From the NCBI RefSeq assembly GCF_006345805.1, contig NC_043018.1:12958001-13022000 (forward strand): a DNA stretch of 64,000 bases, read 5' to 3'. This document shows positions 26,683 to 43,053 of this stretch, piece after piece (the first letter of the stretch is position 1; every line of letters starts with the position of its first letter). This stretch comes from Octopus sinensis (Eukaryota). The position numbers and the translations under genes were made by a program. The notes under the pieces are model-generated. The model was not told the DNA's origin. It was given only the letters and a program-made list of their open reading frames with translations, and did no database searches.

Positions 26683-27059
26683 TTCGTAGCTCACACAGCC
26701 ACCGTGTAGTCTTGCGATATAACACCTCGACAGCAAGATAACTCTTCCTGCCACCTCCTTCATACTTCTCTCAGCATCTAGATTAAAGAGTCTGCTCTCT
26801 CTCTCTTTACTATAATCCTGATCATTCGGGAGGTGTCTCAGTCTTGAGAGTTACATGACAACCTCACTTGTTCTGGTGTCATTGTAATGTACCCAATACA
26901 CTCAGTGATGGGGTTGGCTTTGGAAGGGTATCCATCCTTACAACCTGTGTTGATGCAGACAGCGGAGCCTGATGCAGTCCCTCAATCTATCAGAACCATC
27001 CAAACCATTCCAGCGAAGCGTGGCAGACAGACTTGGAAAGACAATAACAACTATGACAT

Positions 27060-27270
27060 TAATCTTCTTTATTCTTTTATTTGTTTCAGTCATTAGACTG
27101 CGGCCATGCTGGGGCAATATCTTGAAGAAATTTTAGTTGAATGAATCAACCCCCAGGACTTTATTGTCTTAAGCCTGGTACTATTCTGTCAGTCTCTTTT
27201 TGCCGAACCACTAAGTTATAAGGACATAAACACACCAACACCAGTTGTTGAGCAGTGGGTACGGGGATAG

Positions 27271-27307
<37 letters not shown>

Positions 27308-27455
27308 TTCTTTCAGTTTCCATCTATCAAATCCGCTCACAAGGCTTTGGTTGGCTTGATGCCATAGTAGAAGACACTTGCTCAGGGTGCCACACAGTGG
27401 GACTGAACCCAGAACCCTGTGGCTGGGAAGCAAACTTCTTACCACATAGCCATGC
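27060..27455 (-). mobile_element. SINE family A
   Basis: Reverse complement of the 1819-2225 element. Confidence 0.8.
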
Positions 27456-27639
27456 TTGTGTCAGTATATGTACATTAAATGTATGTATCATATATATATA
27501 TTGTATGAGTGCATGTGTGTGTGTGTGTGTGTATATGTATGTGTGTGTGCATGCGTATGTGTGTATATGTGTGTAGTGTGTGTGTGTGTGTGTGCGTGCG
27601 TATGTGTGTGTATATGTGTGTATGTGTGTATATGTATAT

Positions 27640-27677
<38 letters not shown>

Positions 27678-27915
27678 GTAATATGTGTCAAAACTGAAGC
27701 AACATTAAAATATTCCTGATAATTCCTCGATGCCACTCATTCGGAGTTGCTGTCTCTGGAAATGGAAACTGCTGCGGACTTGGTTTGCATGGAACGGCAC
27801 ATGGTGCTTTCCGTCAGCCCACCTGTTTTTCTGGTATTGATTTTATTCTGGAGGTTGTTGACATCACCAGAACATTTTATTGCCTTTGATATTTTGGTCT
27901 CAAGAGTTCTATGTA

Positions 27916-27917
<2 letters not shown>

Positions 27918-27964
<47 letters not shown>

Positions 27965-28295
27965 GTGTATGTATGTGTATGTGTGTATGTGTGTATGTGT
28001 GTATGTATGTATGTATGTATGTGTGTGTATGTGTGTATGTATGAAAATGTATGTATGTATGTATGTATGTATGTGTGTGTGTATGTGTGTATGTGTGTAT
28101 GTATGTATGTATGTATGTGTGTGTATGTGTGTATGTATGAAAATGTATGTATGTATGTATGTATGTATGTATGTGTGTGTGTATGTATGTATGTATGTAT
28201 GTATGTTTGTATGTATGTATGTGTGTATGTATGTGTGTGTATGTGTGTATGTATGAAAATGTATGTATGTATAGATACACACACACACACACACA
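27918..28295. repeat. (TG)/(TGTA)n compound microsatellite with ~100-bp higher-order units
   Basis: The landmark ATGAAAATG recurs at about 28041, 28137 and 28253. Confidence 0.9.
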
Positions 28296-28354
28296 GCTTT
28301 GGGCAGACCTGAAACTGAGTGGATATATGGTAGACAGAAATTGAAAGAAGATGG

Positions 28355-28590
28355 TGGTGAGCTGGCAGAGACGTTAGCACACCGGGCGAAGTGCTTAGCG
28401 GTATTTCGTCTGCTGTTACATTCAAAGTTCAAACTCTGCCTAGGACGACTTTGCCTTTCATCTTTTTGGGGTCGATAAATTAAGTACCAGTTACACACTG
28501 AGGTCGATGTAATCTACTTAATCCCTTTGTCTGTCCTTGTTTGTCTCCTCTGTGTTTAGCCCCTTGTGGGCAATAAAGAAATAAGAAACT
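28355..28590 (+). mobile_element. SINE family B
   Basis: Near-consensus copy; other copies at about 37145-37370 (+), 37750-37965 (-), 46505-46740 (-), 50320-50770 (-), 51345-51545 (-), 53595-53805 (-), 53885-54080 (-) and 62140-62325 (+). Confidence 0.8.
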
Positions 28591-28811
28591 GAAAGAAGCC
28601 CATTGTGTGAAGATGTGTCTGTGTATATATATATATATTATATATATGTGTGTTTGCCTTTCAAGTGGTGCGGTTTTACTGAGATCTCCCTTTTAGTAGA
28701 AAGAATAGCTATAACTCTTTGACTGCTATTTCTAAATTCGGTGTGTGGTGAGGCAAATCGTTGCTAAACCCTTAATTACTTAGTGTATATATATATTATT
28801 ATATATATATA

Positions 28812-29438
<627 letters not shown>

Positions 29439-29448
29439 TACATATGTA

Positions 29449-29900
29449 TGACGTGGTGTCAAACAGTTCTCAGACTAGTTCTGTAGCACACCAACAGATG
29501 GCAGCATACAGCTGCGTGCACAGTGAGAGCCGGCAGTGACCTTCATGAGGCAGTATGTGGAGTGACATCACTGTTTTCACTTCGCAAGTTGTGGAGTTTG
29601 TTTTTGAGATCATGTGTATGGTGTAGCCTGCGATTTTTATCATGGACAAGCATCTGCTCACTAGAAACAACATGTCGTCACTTCTGCACCTGCCCTGTTC
29701 ACCAGATTGAGCACCTGCAGACTTACATCACTTCCTCATGATGAAAATGCAGCTCAAAGGTTTTCACACCATTGTCAAGGTCAAGAGTGAATCACAGAAG
29801 GTCTTTGAGTTACGGAAAACAACTTCCAGGCCAGATTCCAAAAGTGGCAGGAATGCTGGGACTGGTGCATTGCTGCGCAAGGGGACTATTTTGAAGGATT
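29449..29900 (+). mobile_element. internally deleted mariner element remnant
   Basis: TA-preceded TIR-like start (TGACGTGGTGTCAAACAGTT); degenerate PCSPD*APAD motif and FQARFQKWQECWDWCIAAQGDYFEG C-terminus. Confidence 0.75.
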
Positions 29901-30594
29901 CGATGTCAAAGCTAATGTAAATAAATTATTTTTCATTAAATGCTAGTTTAAAAGCCACACTCTGTGTGGACATTTTAAACTGGATCCTGTGGAAAGCTAA
30001 TTGGTCCTGCATCACAAAACTAAAGAGAGAATTAATAATAAAGCATTTGATGATACCCAACTAATATGATATTACTTTAAATTCAGTTTAAATGAAAAGC
30101 GTGTAAGTTTTAAAGTTTGAATTGGCAAAAGAGGCTGTGTGGTAAGTAGCTTGCTTACCAACCACATGGTTCTGGATTCAGACCCACTGTGTGGCACCTT
30201 GCACAAGTGTCTTATACTATAACCTCCGGCCGACCAAGGTCTTGTGAGTGGATTTGGTAGATGGTAACTGAAAGAAGCCCGTCGTGTATATGTATATATA
30301 TGTATATATGCATGTGTATGTGTGTGTGTGTATCTGTGTTTGACCCTCAAGCATCACTTAACAACCACTGCTGGTCTGTTTACGTCCCCGTAACTTAGCA
30401 GTTCGGCAAAAGAGGACCATTAGAATAAGAACTAAGCTTACAAAGAATAAGTCCGGGGTCGATTTGCTCGACGAAAGGCGGTGCTCCAGCATAGCCGCAG
30501 TCAAATGACTGAAACAAGTAAAAGAGTACAAGAGTATATGCATGCATGCATGCATACATACATACACACATACACACATACATTCATATTTTTT

Positions 30595-30918
30595 AAAGAC
30601 TCCGCCGGTTACGACGACGAGGGTCCCAGCTGATACGATCAACGGAACAGCTTGCTCGTGAAATTACGTGCAAATGGCTGAGCATTCCACAGACACGTGT
30701 ACCCTTAACGTAGTTCTCGGGGATAATCAGCGTGACACAGAGAGTGACAAGGCTGACCCTTTGAAATACAAGTACAACTCATTTTTGCCAGCTGAGTGGA
30801 CTGGAGCAACGTGAAATAAAGTGTCTTGCTCAAGGACACAACGCGTCGCCGGGAATCGAACTCACAACCTTACGATCATGAGCCGAATGCCCTAACCACT
30901 AAGCCACGCGCCCTCACC
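30595..30918 (-). mobile_element. tRNA-derived SINE family D
   Basis: Minus strand GGTGAGGGCGCGTGGCTTAGTGG (A box)...GAGTTCGATTCCC (B box)...GTGTCCTTGAGCAAGACAC; decayed heads at about 26215-26345 and 21368-21480. Confidence 0.8.
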
Positions 30919-33900
30919 ACATTCATATACACACATACATACACACACATACATACATACACACACACATACATACATATATACATACATACACACATAC
31001 ATATATACATACTCACACTCATACACACATACACACATACACACACACATCCATACATACATACATACACACATATACACATATATACATACATACACAC
31101 ATACATACATACATACATACACACATACATACACACATACACACAAAGATACATATACATACACACATACATACATATATACATACATACACACACATAC
31201 ATACATACATACACAGATACATAACCACATACATATATACATACACACACACATGCATATATACATACATACACACATACAAACGTACATAATCACACTC
31301 ATACACACATACACATGTACATACATTCACATATAAATACATACGTACATACACACACACATACATACACACATACTTACATAGATATGTACACACACAT
31401 AGATAGACACATACATACACACACACATGCATACGTACATACGTACATATATACATATACACATACATACATACATACACACACATACATATATACATAC
31501 ATACACACATACATACATACACACACATACATATATACACACGTACACACACATACATACACACATATATACATACATACATACATGCAAACATACATAC
31601 ACACATAAATACACACACACATACATATTAATACATAAACACACATACATACACACACAAATACATACATATACACATACATACATACACACGTACATAT
31701 ATATGTACATACACACATACATACCTACACACATACACATACACACACATACATACATACACACATACATACATACACACACATACATACATATATACAT
31801 ACGTACATACACATACATGCACACATACATACATACACACACATACATATATACATACATACACACATACATACATACACAGACATACATACATACATAC
31901 ACACATACATACACACATGCATACATACATACATACATACACATACATACATACACACACATACCTACACACGTGCATACATACACACACATCTATACAT
32001 ACATACATGAATACATACACACATACATACATACACACACATACTTACATATATACATACATACACAAATATATGCATACATACATACATACAAACACAT
32101 ACATACATACATATATACATACGTACACACACATACATACACATACATACATACACACATACATGCAAACATACATTCATACACACATACATACATACAT
32201 ACACATACATACACACATACATACACATATATATACATATATACACACATACAAGAAGACATACACACATACATACACACACACATACATTCATGCATAC
32301 ACACACATACATACACACATACATACATACACAGACATACATACATACATACACACATACATACACACATGCATACATACATGCACAAGTACACACACAT
32401 ACATAGACACATACATACATACACATACATACATACGCACATACATACATACATACATACACACACACACATACACACACATTCATACATATATACATAC
32501 GTACACACACATACATACACACATACATACATACACAGATACATGCAAACATACATACATACATACATACACACACAAACATACATTCATACATACACAC
32601 ACATACATACACACACATACATATACACATACATACATACATACACACATACATACATACACACACATACATACATATATACACACATACACACATACAT
32701 ACACACACATACATTCATACATACACACATACACATAGATACATATACACATACATATATACATACATACATACATCGTACATACATACGCACATACTTA
32801 CACACATACATACAAACATACATACATACATATACACACATACACACATACATACACACATATATAAACACATACACACAAAGATACATACATACATACG
32901 TACGTACACATACATAGACACATACATACACACACATGCATACATACTTACACACATACATACATACACACACACATACATTCATACATACACACACATA
33001 CATACACACATACATACATACATAAACACATATATACATAAACAAATACATACATATACACATACACACATGCATACATACATGCACAAGTACACACACA
33101 TACATAGACACATACATACATACACATACATACATACATACATACATGCATACACACATACATACACGCACATACATACACACACATACATATATACATA
33201 CGTACACACACATACATATATACATACGTACACACACACACAAACATACATTCATACATACACACACATACGTACACACACATACATATACACATACATA
33301 CATACACATATATACATATACATACATACACACACATACATACATACATACACAGATACATAACCACGTACATATATACATACACACACACATACATATA
33401 TACATACATACACACATACAAACGTACATAATCACACTCATACACACATACACATGTACATACATTCACATATAAATACATACGTACATACACACACACA
33501 TACATACACACATACTTACATAGATATGTACACACACATAGATAGACACATACATACACACACACATGCATACGTACATACGTACATATATACATATACA
33601 CATACATACATACATACACACATACATACATACACACACATACATATATACATACATACACACATACATACATACACACACATACATATATACACACGTA
33701 CACACACATACATACACACATAAATACACACACACATACATATTAATACATAAACACACATACATACACACACAAATACATACATATACACATACATACA
33801 TACACACGTACATATATATGTACATACACACATACATACCTACACACATACACATACACACACATACATACATACACACATACATACATACACACACATA

Positions 33901-36690
33901 CATACATATATACATACGTACATACACATACATGCACACATACATACATACACACACATACATATATACATACATACACACATACATACACAGACATACA
34001 TACATACATACACACATACATACACACATGCATACATACATACATACATACACATACATACATACACACACATACCTACACACGTGCATACATACACACA
34101 CATCTATACATACATACATGAATACATACACACATACATACATACACACACATACTTACATATATACATACATACACAAATATATGCATACATACATACA
34201 TACAAACACATACATACATACATATATACATACGTACACACACATACATACACACATACATACATACATACACATACATACACACATACATACACATATA
34301 TATACATATATACACACATACAAGAAGACATACACACATACATACACACACACATACATTCCTGCATACACACACATACATACACACATGCATACATACA
34401 TGCACAAGTACACACACATACATACATACACATACATACATACACACATACATACATACACACATACATACATACATACACACACATACACACACATACA
34501 TATACACATACATACATACACAGATACATGCAAACATACATACATACATACATACATACACACACATACATACACACACATACATATACACATACATACA
34601 TACATACACACATACATACATACACACACATACATACATATATACACACGTACACACATACATACACACACATACATTCATACATACACACACATAGATA
34701 CATATACACATACATACATACATCGTACATACATACGCACATACTTACACACATACATACAACTACATACATACATACACACATACACACATACATACAC
34801 ACATATATAAACACATACACACAGATACATACTACATACGTACGTACACATACATAGACACATACATACACACATACATACATACATACATACATACACA
34901 CACATCATTCATACATACACACATACATACACACATACATACATACATAACACATATAACATAAACAAATACTACATATACACATACACACATGCATACA
35001 TACATGCACAAGTACACACACATACATAGACACATACATACATACATACATACATATACATACATACATACATACATACATACACACATACATACATACG
35101 TACACACATACATGCACACATACATATACACACATACATACACACACATACATATATACATACGTACACACACATACATATATACATACGTACACACACA
35201 CACAAACATACATTCATACATACACACACATACGTACACACACATACATATACACATACATACATGCATAAATATATACATACATACACACATACATACA
35301 CACACTTCTATACATACATACATACATGCACACATACATACATACATGCACACATACGTACATACACACACATACATATATATACATACATACACACACA
35401 TACATACATATATACATACACACATACATGCACACTTACATACATACACACACATACATACATATATACACACGTACACACATACATACACACACATACA
35501 TTCATACATACACACACATACATATATACATATACACATACATACATACATATACACATACATGCAAACATACATACACACATACATACACACACATACA
35601 TTCATACATACACACACATACATACACACACACATACATACATACATATACACATACATACATACATATATACATACATACACACACATACATACATACA
35701 CACATACATGCAAACATACATACACACATACACACACACATACATTCATACATACACACACACATGCATATACACATACATACATGCATACAAACATATA
35801 CATATATACATACATACGCACACATACACACATATATAAACACATACACACAAAGATACATATATACATGCACACACACACATACATAAATATATACATA
35901 TATACACACTCATACATACATACACACACAGATGCATAACCACATACATAAATACATACATACATACGTAAGTATACACATACATAGACACATACACACA
36001 CACACATGCATACATACGTACATACACACATATATACATAAACAAATACATACATGCATACATACATACATACATACACAAATACATACATGCACAAGTA
36101 CACACACATACATAGACACATACATACATACATACATGCATACACACATACATACATACACACACATACGTACACATTCATACATACATACACACATACA
36201 TGCAAACATACATACATACACACACAAACATACATTCATACACACACATACATACACACACATACATATACACATACATACATACATACACACACACATC
36301 CATATATACATACATACACACACACGTGTATACATACATACATTCATACATGCACACATACATACATACATACATACATACGTACATACACACACATACA
36401 TATATATACATACATACATACACACATACATACATATATACATACATACACACATACATGCACACTTACATACATACACACACATGCATTCATACATACA
36501 CACACATACATACATGCATATACACATACATTCATACATACATACATACACAACATGAGATGTGTCAAACATACATACATACATACACACATACATGCAA
36601 ACATACATACACACATAAATTCATTCATACACACACATACATACATACACACACACATACATACATTTACACACACACACATACACATAT
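30919..36690. repeat. ~5.8-kb (CATA/CA/TA)n satellite with higher-order duplication
   Basis: Nearly continuous purine-pyrimidine alternation. Rare landmarks recur at offsets of 2139 (31216/33355; 31384/33523), 2069 (32255/34324) and 1947 (32778/34725). Confidence 0.95.
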
Positions 36691-38974
36691 GTATTGTGGC
36701 TTTGTGTCTGTTTGTCCCCACCACTGCTTGATAACCGGTGTTGTTGTGTTTACGTTCACGTAACTTAGTGGTTCAGTAAGAGATGCTAATAAAGAAGAAG
36801 GAACTGGTGTTGATTTGTTCAATGAAAATCCTTTAATAAGGTGGTGCCCCAGTTTGGCCGCAGTCTGATAATTTAGAAAGACAAAAGAACCACAAAATTC
36901 CTTAAAGCTAAGGGAGGCAACTTTCGTCCTCTGGTGTTGAAACCCCTCACAGTCACTTTACCTGCTAAAAATAGCAGCACAAATGTTTTTAAATCAGATT
37001 TCAATGCTGGATATTCAAGAACCAAATGAAGGACAGATCTTTGATGCTGGGATCATCCTGATTCCAAAAACGTCTATGTAGAGAAAATGTTGACAGAGAT
37101 ACATGGGTGCCACACTGACAAACAGAAGTTTGCTTTTAATATAGAAGGCGGTGAGCTGGCAGACTCGTCATCGTCCGCCAGGTGAAATGCACAGCGGTAT
37201 TTCATCTGTCTTCAGGTTCTGAGTTCAAATTCCGCCGAGGTCAACTTTGCCTTTCACCTTTTCGGGGTTGATAAATTAAGTACCAGTTGCATACTGAGAT
37301 CAATCTAATCAATTGCCCCCCCACCACCACCACCCCAAATTTCGGGCTTTGTGCCTGGAGTTGAAAAGAATACAGATGACTAGTCCGGGAACTTTTTTGA
37401 TGCCTGCAGCTTCCATGCTTGCTGTGGTGCCCTCCTCAAGACCTTTGGCGATGTACTGTGCTTGAGAAGTAGGCTGGTTTATGAGGTTACCCTTGGTTTC
37501 TCACTCATAAGGGGTTTAGTTTTACAGCCTATCTTCAGACCCCAAACACTGCTGGCCTGAGACCTCTTTAAAATATGGAGAGGGAAAAGCCTCATTTTTA
37601 AGGGTAAAACCCTAGGTAATCGACTCCCTCAATCTTTGGCCATTCTGCCGAGTCGGTAACACGGCCACCAAGAATGGCAGCATCGCTAACAACAACAACA
37701 TCTCCACTCATAAATAGTTATGCAAAGACAGGAGAAAAACCGCGGTCTCACATTTAATGGACCAAGGGAGATAATCTTTTCTACTATCGACACAAAGCCA
37801 GAAGTTTGAGGGGGAGGGAGGGAAGCAGACGATTACCTCGACCTCGAAGGATGAAAGGCAAAGTCGACCTCGGCGGAATTTGAACACATAATGCCAAGAC
37901 GGACAAAATGCCGTTAAACGCTTTGCCCGCAGCGCTAACGAGTCTGCCAGCTCGTCCCGCCTTGGACCAAGGGACATAATTCAGTCATATTTGCGTGCAG
38001 GCGCGTCTGTGTGGCAGAGCAGAATACTTCCCAACCACATGGCTCCGGGTTCAGTCCCACTGCGTGGCACCATTGGTCCGGGAATGAAATTTGCTTAGTG
38101 GGTACAAAGTGAAGTACAAATTTTTTTACGAAAAAAGTGGATTTTTTTCAATATTAATATTGTTACAAAGGCAGGTATAATAATAATTTTTATCATGAGG
38201 GTTTGTTGAAAAGTTCATAGGCTGAGCAAGACACTCGCATGGAATGTGACCAAATGAAGTTCATTTTATTAACACAGTTCCTCTTACTGTCCACAAACTT
38301 CCATCATTGTTGCAGTGCTTGGATCACATTGATGAAGAAAAGCTTTTCTGTTGGTCAAAATAGTCATCGACAGTGATACTAGCATCCAGCCAAGTTTCTT
38401 TCCAAGTTGGGAAACAGACGACAGCCAGATGGAACCAAATCACTAAAATAAGGAGGTGACCAACCAGTTGAAAGTTAGTCATGCACAATAACCAGGGCCG
38501 GATTAAGACCCATCGAGGCCATAAGCACTTAAAAGATTTTGGTGCCCCCATAAAAAGTTATGTAATTCAAAATATAATAATAACAAACCATAAAATAAAT
38601 TTTTATTTTTCAAAATGAAACAAAAACAGTTCAAAGAGGGAAAACAATGTTTATTTTTGAATTCTTCCACTTTATTTATATTTGAAAAGTTTCCTCCTTC
38701 TTTAGATGGTGCGATCATTTTGAAGATAATTGATAAACACAATGCCGTTTGCATCCCAAAAATCTTGAGGCCATCACCTTCCTTGCAGATGAAACGACTT
38801 TGCCTTCTTTGCAGCAGATGAAGAGGAGTGTTTATTTTGGCAAAGCTTCTTTCTCCGTCCTAGGCTTTGAAACCAGTTTTATATTATGATCAGTAAAACC
38901 AAAACCGATTTTAAGGCTTGCTGTTTCGGATCTTTTCAATAAAAGATGCTTTATAATAATAATAATAATAATAT

Positions 38975-39310
38975 AATAATAATAATAATTGTGTACAGTG
39001 CTCAGGTGCACTACAACTCATCTAAAGTGTATATATAATCAGGTGTAGTTTCGGCGGATTTCGGAAAGCATGAGGGCCTTAAAGGATGCAGTGTCAGTCA
39101 ACAACTGACGCAGGCAGCTTATTCCATGCTTCAGCAACTCTGAGCGTGAAAAAATGTTTCCGAAAGTCATGGGAAGCTGTGCTGTTTTCTGACTTTGTAG
39201 GCATGTCCACGTGTGTTAGACACATGGAGATCAAAAAGGTGTTCAGTGTTGTTGTTGGTGAGGTGGTTGATAACTTTGTGGGTGTTTATGTAACACATTC
39301 TACCAGTATA
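38975..39310 (-). mobile_element. CR1-type LINE 3' end
   Basis: Same family as 21514-21978 and 54272-54520, with an (ATT)n tail. Confidence 0.8.
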
Positions 39311-40169
39311 CGAAGTTTAAAAGTGTTTAGTTACAAATAACTTTTTTTTTAAATGTGCCGGTCAAAGGGAAAAGATCCACTGTTTCTTTTTTTTTCGCAA
39401 AACATTTCTCCATTTTTTTTCTTTTCAAGAAATATCGTTGAAACTGAACTGTTGTCGGTCGCCTTTAGTTGAGAGTGCTGTCTGTTTCATTGAAACCTAT
39501 CGCAACATATCAATTCTCACCTTCTTTCCCCTTGAACCTTAGATCAGCACCTTGTCATCTCCTTCGCTAACCCCTGGCTGACTCTTTGAATTTGCAGGTA
39601 ACTGAGTTTATACACATCTATATACATAAGGGCCTATACCCCCATGGAAATACGGACCAACCTCCTCCATACCCTCTGGAAAGAGATGAACTGTGAACTT
39701 TATTCTCCTGCCTGTATTCTATCTATTTTTACATATTTGGACTTCTTTCATGGCCTTCTTACCCTTTACTGGGTATTAATCTGGTTGCTGTATGGGAGAG
39801 AGGAAATTGTACTTCATTGAATTAAATACATGCTGTGGCACATATCATCATCATCATCATTTAGCATCCGTTCTCCATGCTAGCATGGGTTGGACGGTTC
39901 AACTGGGGTCTGTGAAGCTGGAAGGCTTCATCAGGCCCAGTCAGATCTGGCAGTGTTTCTACGGCTGGATGCCCTTCCTAACGCCAATATATATATATAT
40001 ATATATAGACATATACATATATATAGACATATAAGGCTACTTCATGCCCCTCTCTTTACTGGTCCTTAATGTGGATGCTATATGGGAGGGAGCAAAAATA
40101 TTATACTTGATTGTATCAAATTCACGATGTACACCACACTACCAAGCAAATGTTTACTTGGATCTTTTC

Positions 40170-42150
40170 AAACATGAACAAAAGCTCCACAGTGACTAGA
40201 AGCAGAGGAGTGGCTTGACAGCGCTGTTCAAGCCATGTACAGCAATGCTGTCAGTAAGGTGAGAGTTGGCCTTGACTACAGTGATGAATTTAACGTACAA
40301 GTTGGAGTACACCAGGGACCAGTTCTTAGTCCACTCTTACTTATCATAGTTCCCCAGGCCATAACAGACGAATTCAAGACTGGATGCCCACGGGAACTAC
40401 TATATGCTGATGAATCTGAAGCAGAACTGGAGAGGTTGCAGGTTTGGGAGCAAAACCTGGAATCAAAAGGTCTTAAAGTTAACTAAAGTTGTTGTTAGGG
40501 AGAAAGGAGACAAGGGTCTCATTCCGACTGGCAAAAGGACCTTTTTGAATATGTAGGAAAGGAGCGGGATGTAATTCCATTTGCTGCACCAAGTGTAAGC
40601 TATGGATGCATAAAGGATGCTGTGGAATGGTGGGAAGATTATCAAATAAGGTTGCTTTCGTGTGTGGCAGGTGCACAGAAACGATAAGTACTATGAGCAC
40701 GAGGGACTTAAACTCTCTCACATGCCCAGGAGGCTCTCTTGAGGTAGTGGATAGTCTCTGCTATTTAGGTGACCAAATTAGTAACGGTGGTGGATGCTCT
40801 GAAAGTATTGCTTCTAGAATAAGAATTGGGTGGAGGAAGTTCAGAGAACTACCACTTCTGTTGGCAGTAAAAGGATTCTCTCTCAGAGTGAAAGGTAGGT
40901 TGTATGATGCTTGTGTGAGAACAGCTGTTACATGGTAGTGAGTCATGGGCTCTGACTGCGGAGGACATGCGTAGGCTGGAGAGGAATGAAGGTGGTATGT
41001 TCTGTTGGACTTGCAACATCAGTGTGCATGACTGACAGAGCACAACTGTGTTGAGAGAAAAGTTGGGTAAAAGAGGGATTAAATGTGGTCTGCAGGAGAG
41101 GGGACTGCATTGGTTTGGACATGTGATGCGTATGAGTGAAGACAGCTGTATACAGAAGAGCCTGTTACTGGAAGACATGGGATGAAGTGGTGAGGACTGA
41201 TCTTAGGATGTTGGAGCTCACAGAGGAAATGACAGTAGACAGAGATGTTTGGTGACGTGAGATCCTGAGGAAGACCTGTCCACGAAACTGAGGGCTAGAA
41301 CAGTTCTAGCCCACCCACACTTTTCACCCAATCTACCCTAAGAAATCAAACTCCTCTTCTAATTGCATCTTTCTCTTCCTCACATTTCCTTCTAATACAT
41401 TATGATTGTTTAACAATCCCCTTTCTTTGTCCCCACTGTATCAGTTTCCCCCACACCCACTCCCTATTTTTCTAACCAGGTTCTACGCTCATGTTCTTGT
41501 TACTTGGGAGTATGCCCTAGCACTACACTGCCCCTATTTTGCTTGACCCTAATCTCTCTCTCTTTCCCTTTGGTCACTCTCTCTGACCAGGTAACCAAGT
41601 ATCAGCTTCTCATCAGCACACTTGTTTCTGGCCCCTTTCTGTACCTCTCTCTCTCACACTGGGTAGCCATGTATCCCCTCTATTTCTGCCTCCCTATTTC
41701 TCTGCTACACTCTAACCTTTCATCATTTGATACTGGGATCACCTCCTCTAATGCCCCCTCTGTTGTGGCAAGACCCCTGCTTTTGTCTCTCTGTCTCTTG
41801 TCACACACTGTCTTTCACCCTCTGACACAAATGCCCCACCCCTCTCACAATTCCTTGTCTTGTGAGTTACTTGGTTATTCTGCCAGTGCTGGTGCCACAT
41901 TAAAAGCGTCCAATCCACTCTGTGGGGTGGTTGGCATTTGGAAAGAAATCCAGTTGTAAAAATCTTGCCAAAACTAACTTCACCTCTGCTAGTGCCACGT
42001 AAAAAGCACTGATTCTACTCTGCAGAGTGGTTGGTGTTAGGAAGGGCATCCAGCTGTAAACTCCCTACCAAAATAGACTTGGGTAGCCTTGGGTAGATTT
42101 TCCTTCAACTGTCCTACCCATGCATGCATGGAAGATGGATGTTAAATGAT
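40170..42150 (+). mobile_element. 5'-truncated, degenerate RTE-clade LINE (RT, C-terminus, 3' UTR, GAT tail)
   Basis: VQVGVHQGPVLSPLL..GCPRELLYAD; HKGC..FVCGRC insert; YLGDQIS..SRIRIGWRKFREL. The 3' end matches the SINE C tail (GGATGTTAAATGATGAT). Confidence 0.85.
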
Positions 42151-42171
42151 GATATGTATACACACACACAA

Positions 42172-42222
<51 letters not shown>

Positions 42223-43053
42223 CATGTGTATATAGATTATTCCTTGGTACAGGTTTCTGTCTTCGTTTAACATGCCAGAGTCTAAACCACACTGAATCGC
42301 AATCAAACTCATCCCAGTGGAGTATAATAACTCCATATATGACCTTCCCTCATTAAGAAAGACACTTATTCTAGAATGTTCTCTCTTCACCCCACTGGTT
42401 TTCACATGTACACAGAAAAAGGTCCGTTACTCAGGCAACGTATTGCACAATTCTTTGGAATTGATGCAATGTTTATTTTTAAAACAAAAATAAATAAAAA
42501 CAGTTAGGATTCCACAGTCATGATACAAAATTTGCAAAATGGTTTTAAAATTTGTCCATGGTACAATATAAATTCATAATTTTGGAACTTTTTATAGAAA
42601 AGGGTGTTCCAAATTTTAAAAAAATAATTAGAAAATAAAAATATTTTCATTTATATAAGAATATTGATATATATTTTTTCTTTTTTTTTTTTGTCTCTTT
42701 AAATAATATCAAGTTGCTTTCTGAAGATGTAAAATGAAAAAGAAAAACCATATCAACAACATTTAAAAAAACATGGTAAAGAAGACATTTTCGAGGTCCA
42801 GTTAAAAGTCCCCTTCTCTGCCCTATTTTTTGAATGTTCCTATAAATATAGGGAATGACTGATTTATCAGAACATTTAGCAATAGAGTTGACAGAGAAGT
42901 AAGATAGATAAATAAAGTGAGATATAGAAGGATGGATGGATGGGTACATTAATATGTGTGTGTGTGTGTGTCTATATATATATATAGACATACACAAACA
43001 CACACACACACACACACATATTAATAGGTAAAACAAAATGTACTATTGCTTGT

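Noticed and set aside
30840-30918. tRNA-like sequence (Met-like CAT loop) on the minus strand, and similar heads elsewhere
   Set aside because: It continues into a SINE body, has no proper acceptor stem, and occurs in several diverged copies. These are SINE heads, not tRNA genes.
30826-36763. Dozens of long ORFs (up to 496 aa) of HTYI/VCMY repeats
   Set aside because: Purine-pyrimidine alternation cannot form stop codons, so these are satellite artefacts with no domain or splice support. The same applies to 8241-8812, 15139-15615, 18528-19350 and 27456-29091.
39430-39597. Candidate + strand exon with good acceptor and donor
   Set aside because: Stops in all three frames; it could only be non-coding, and there is no supporting evidence.
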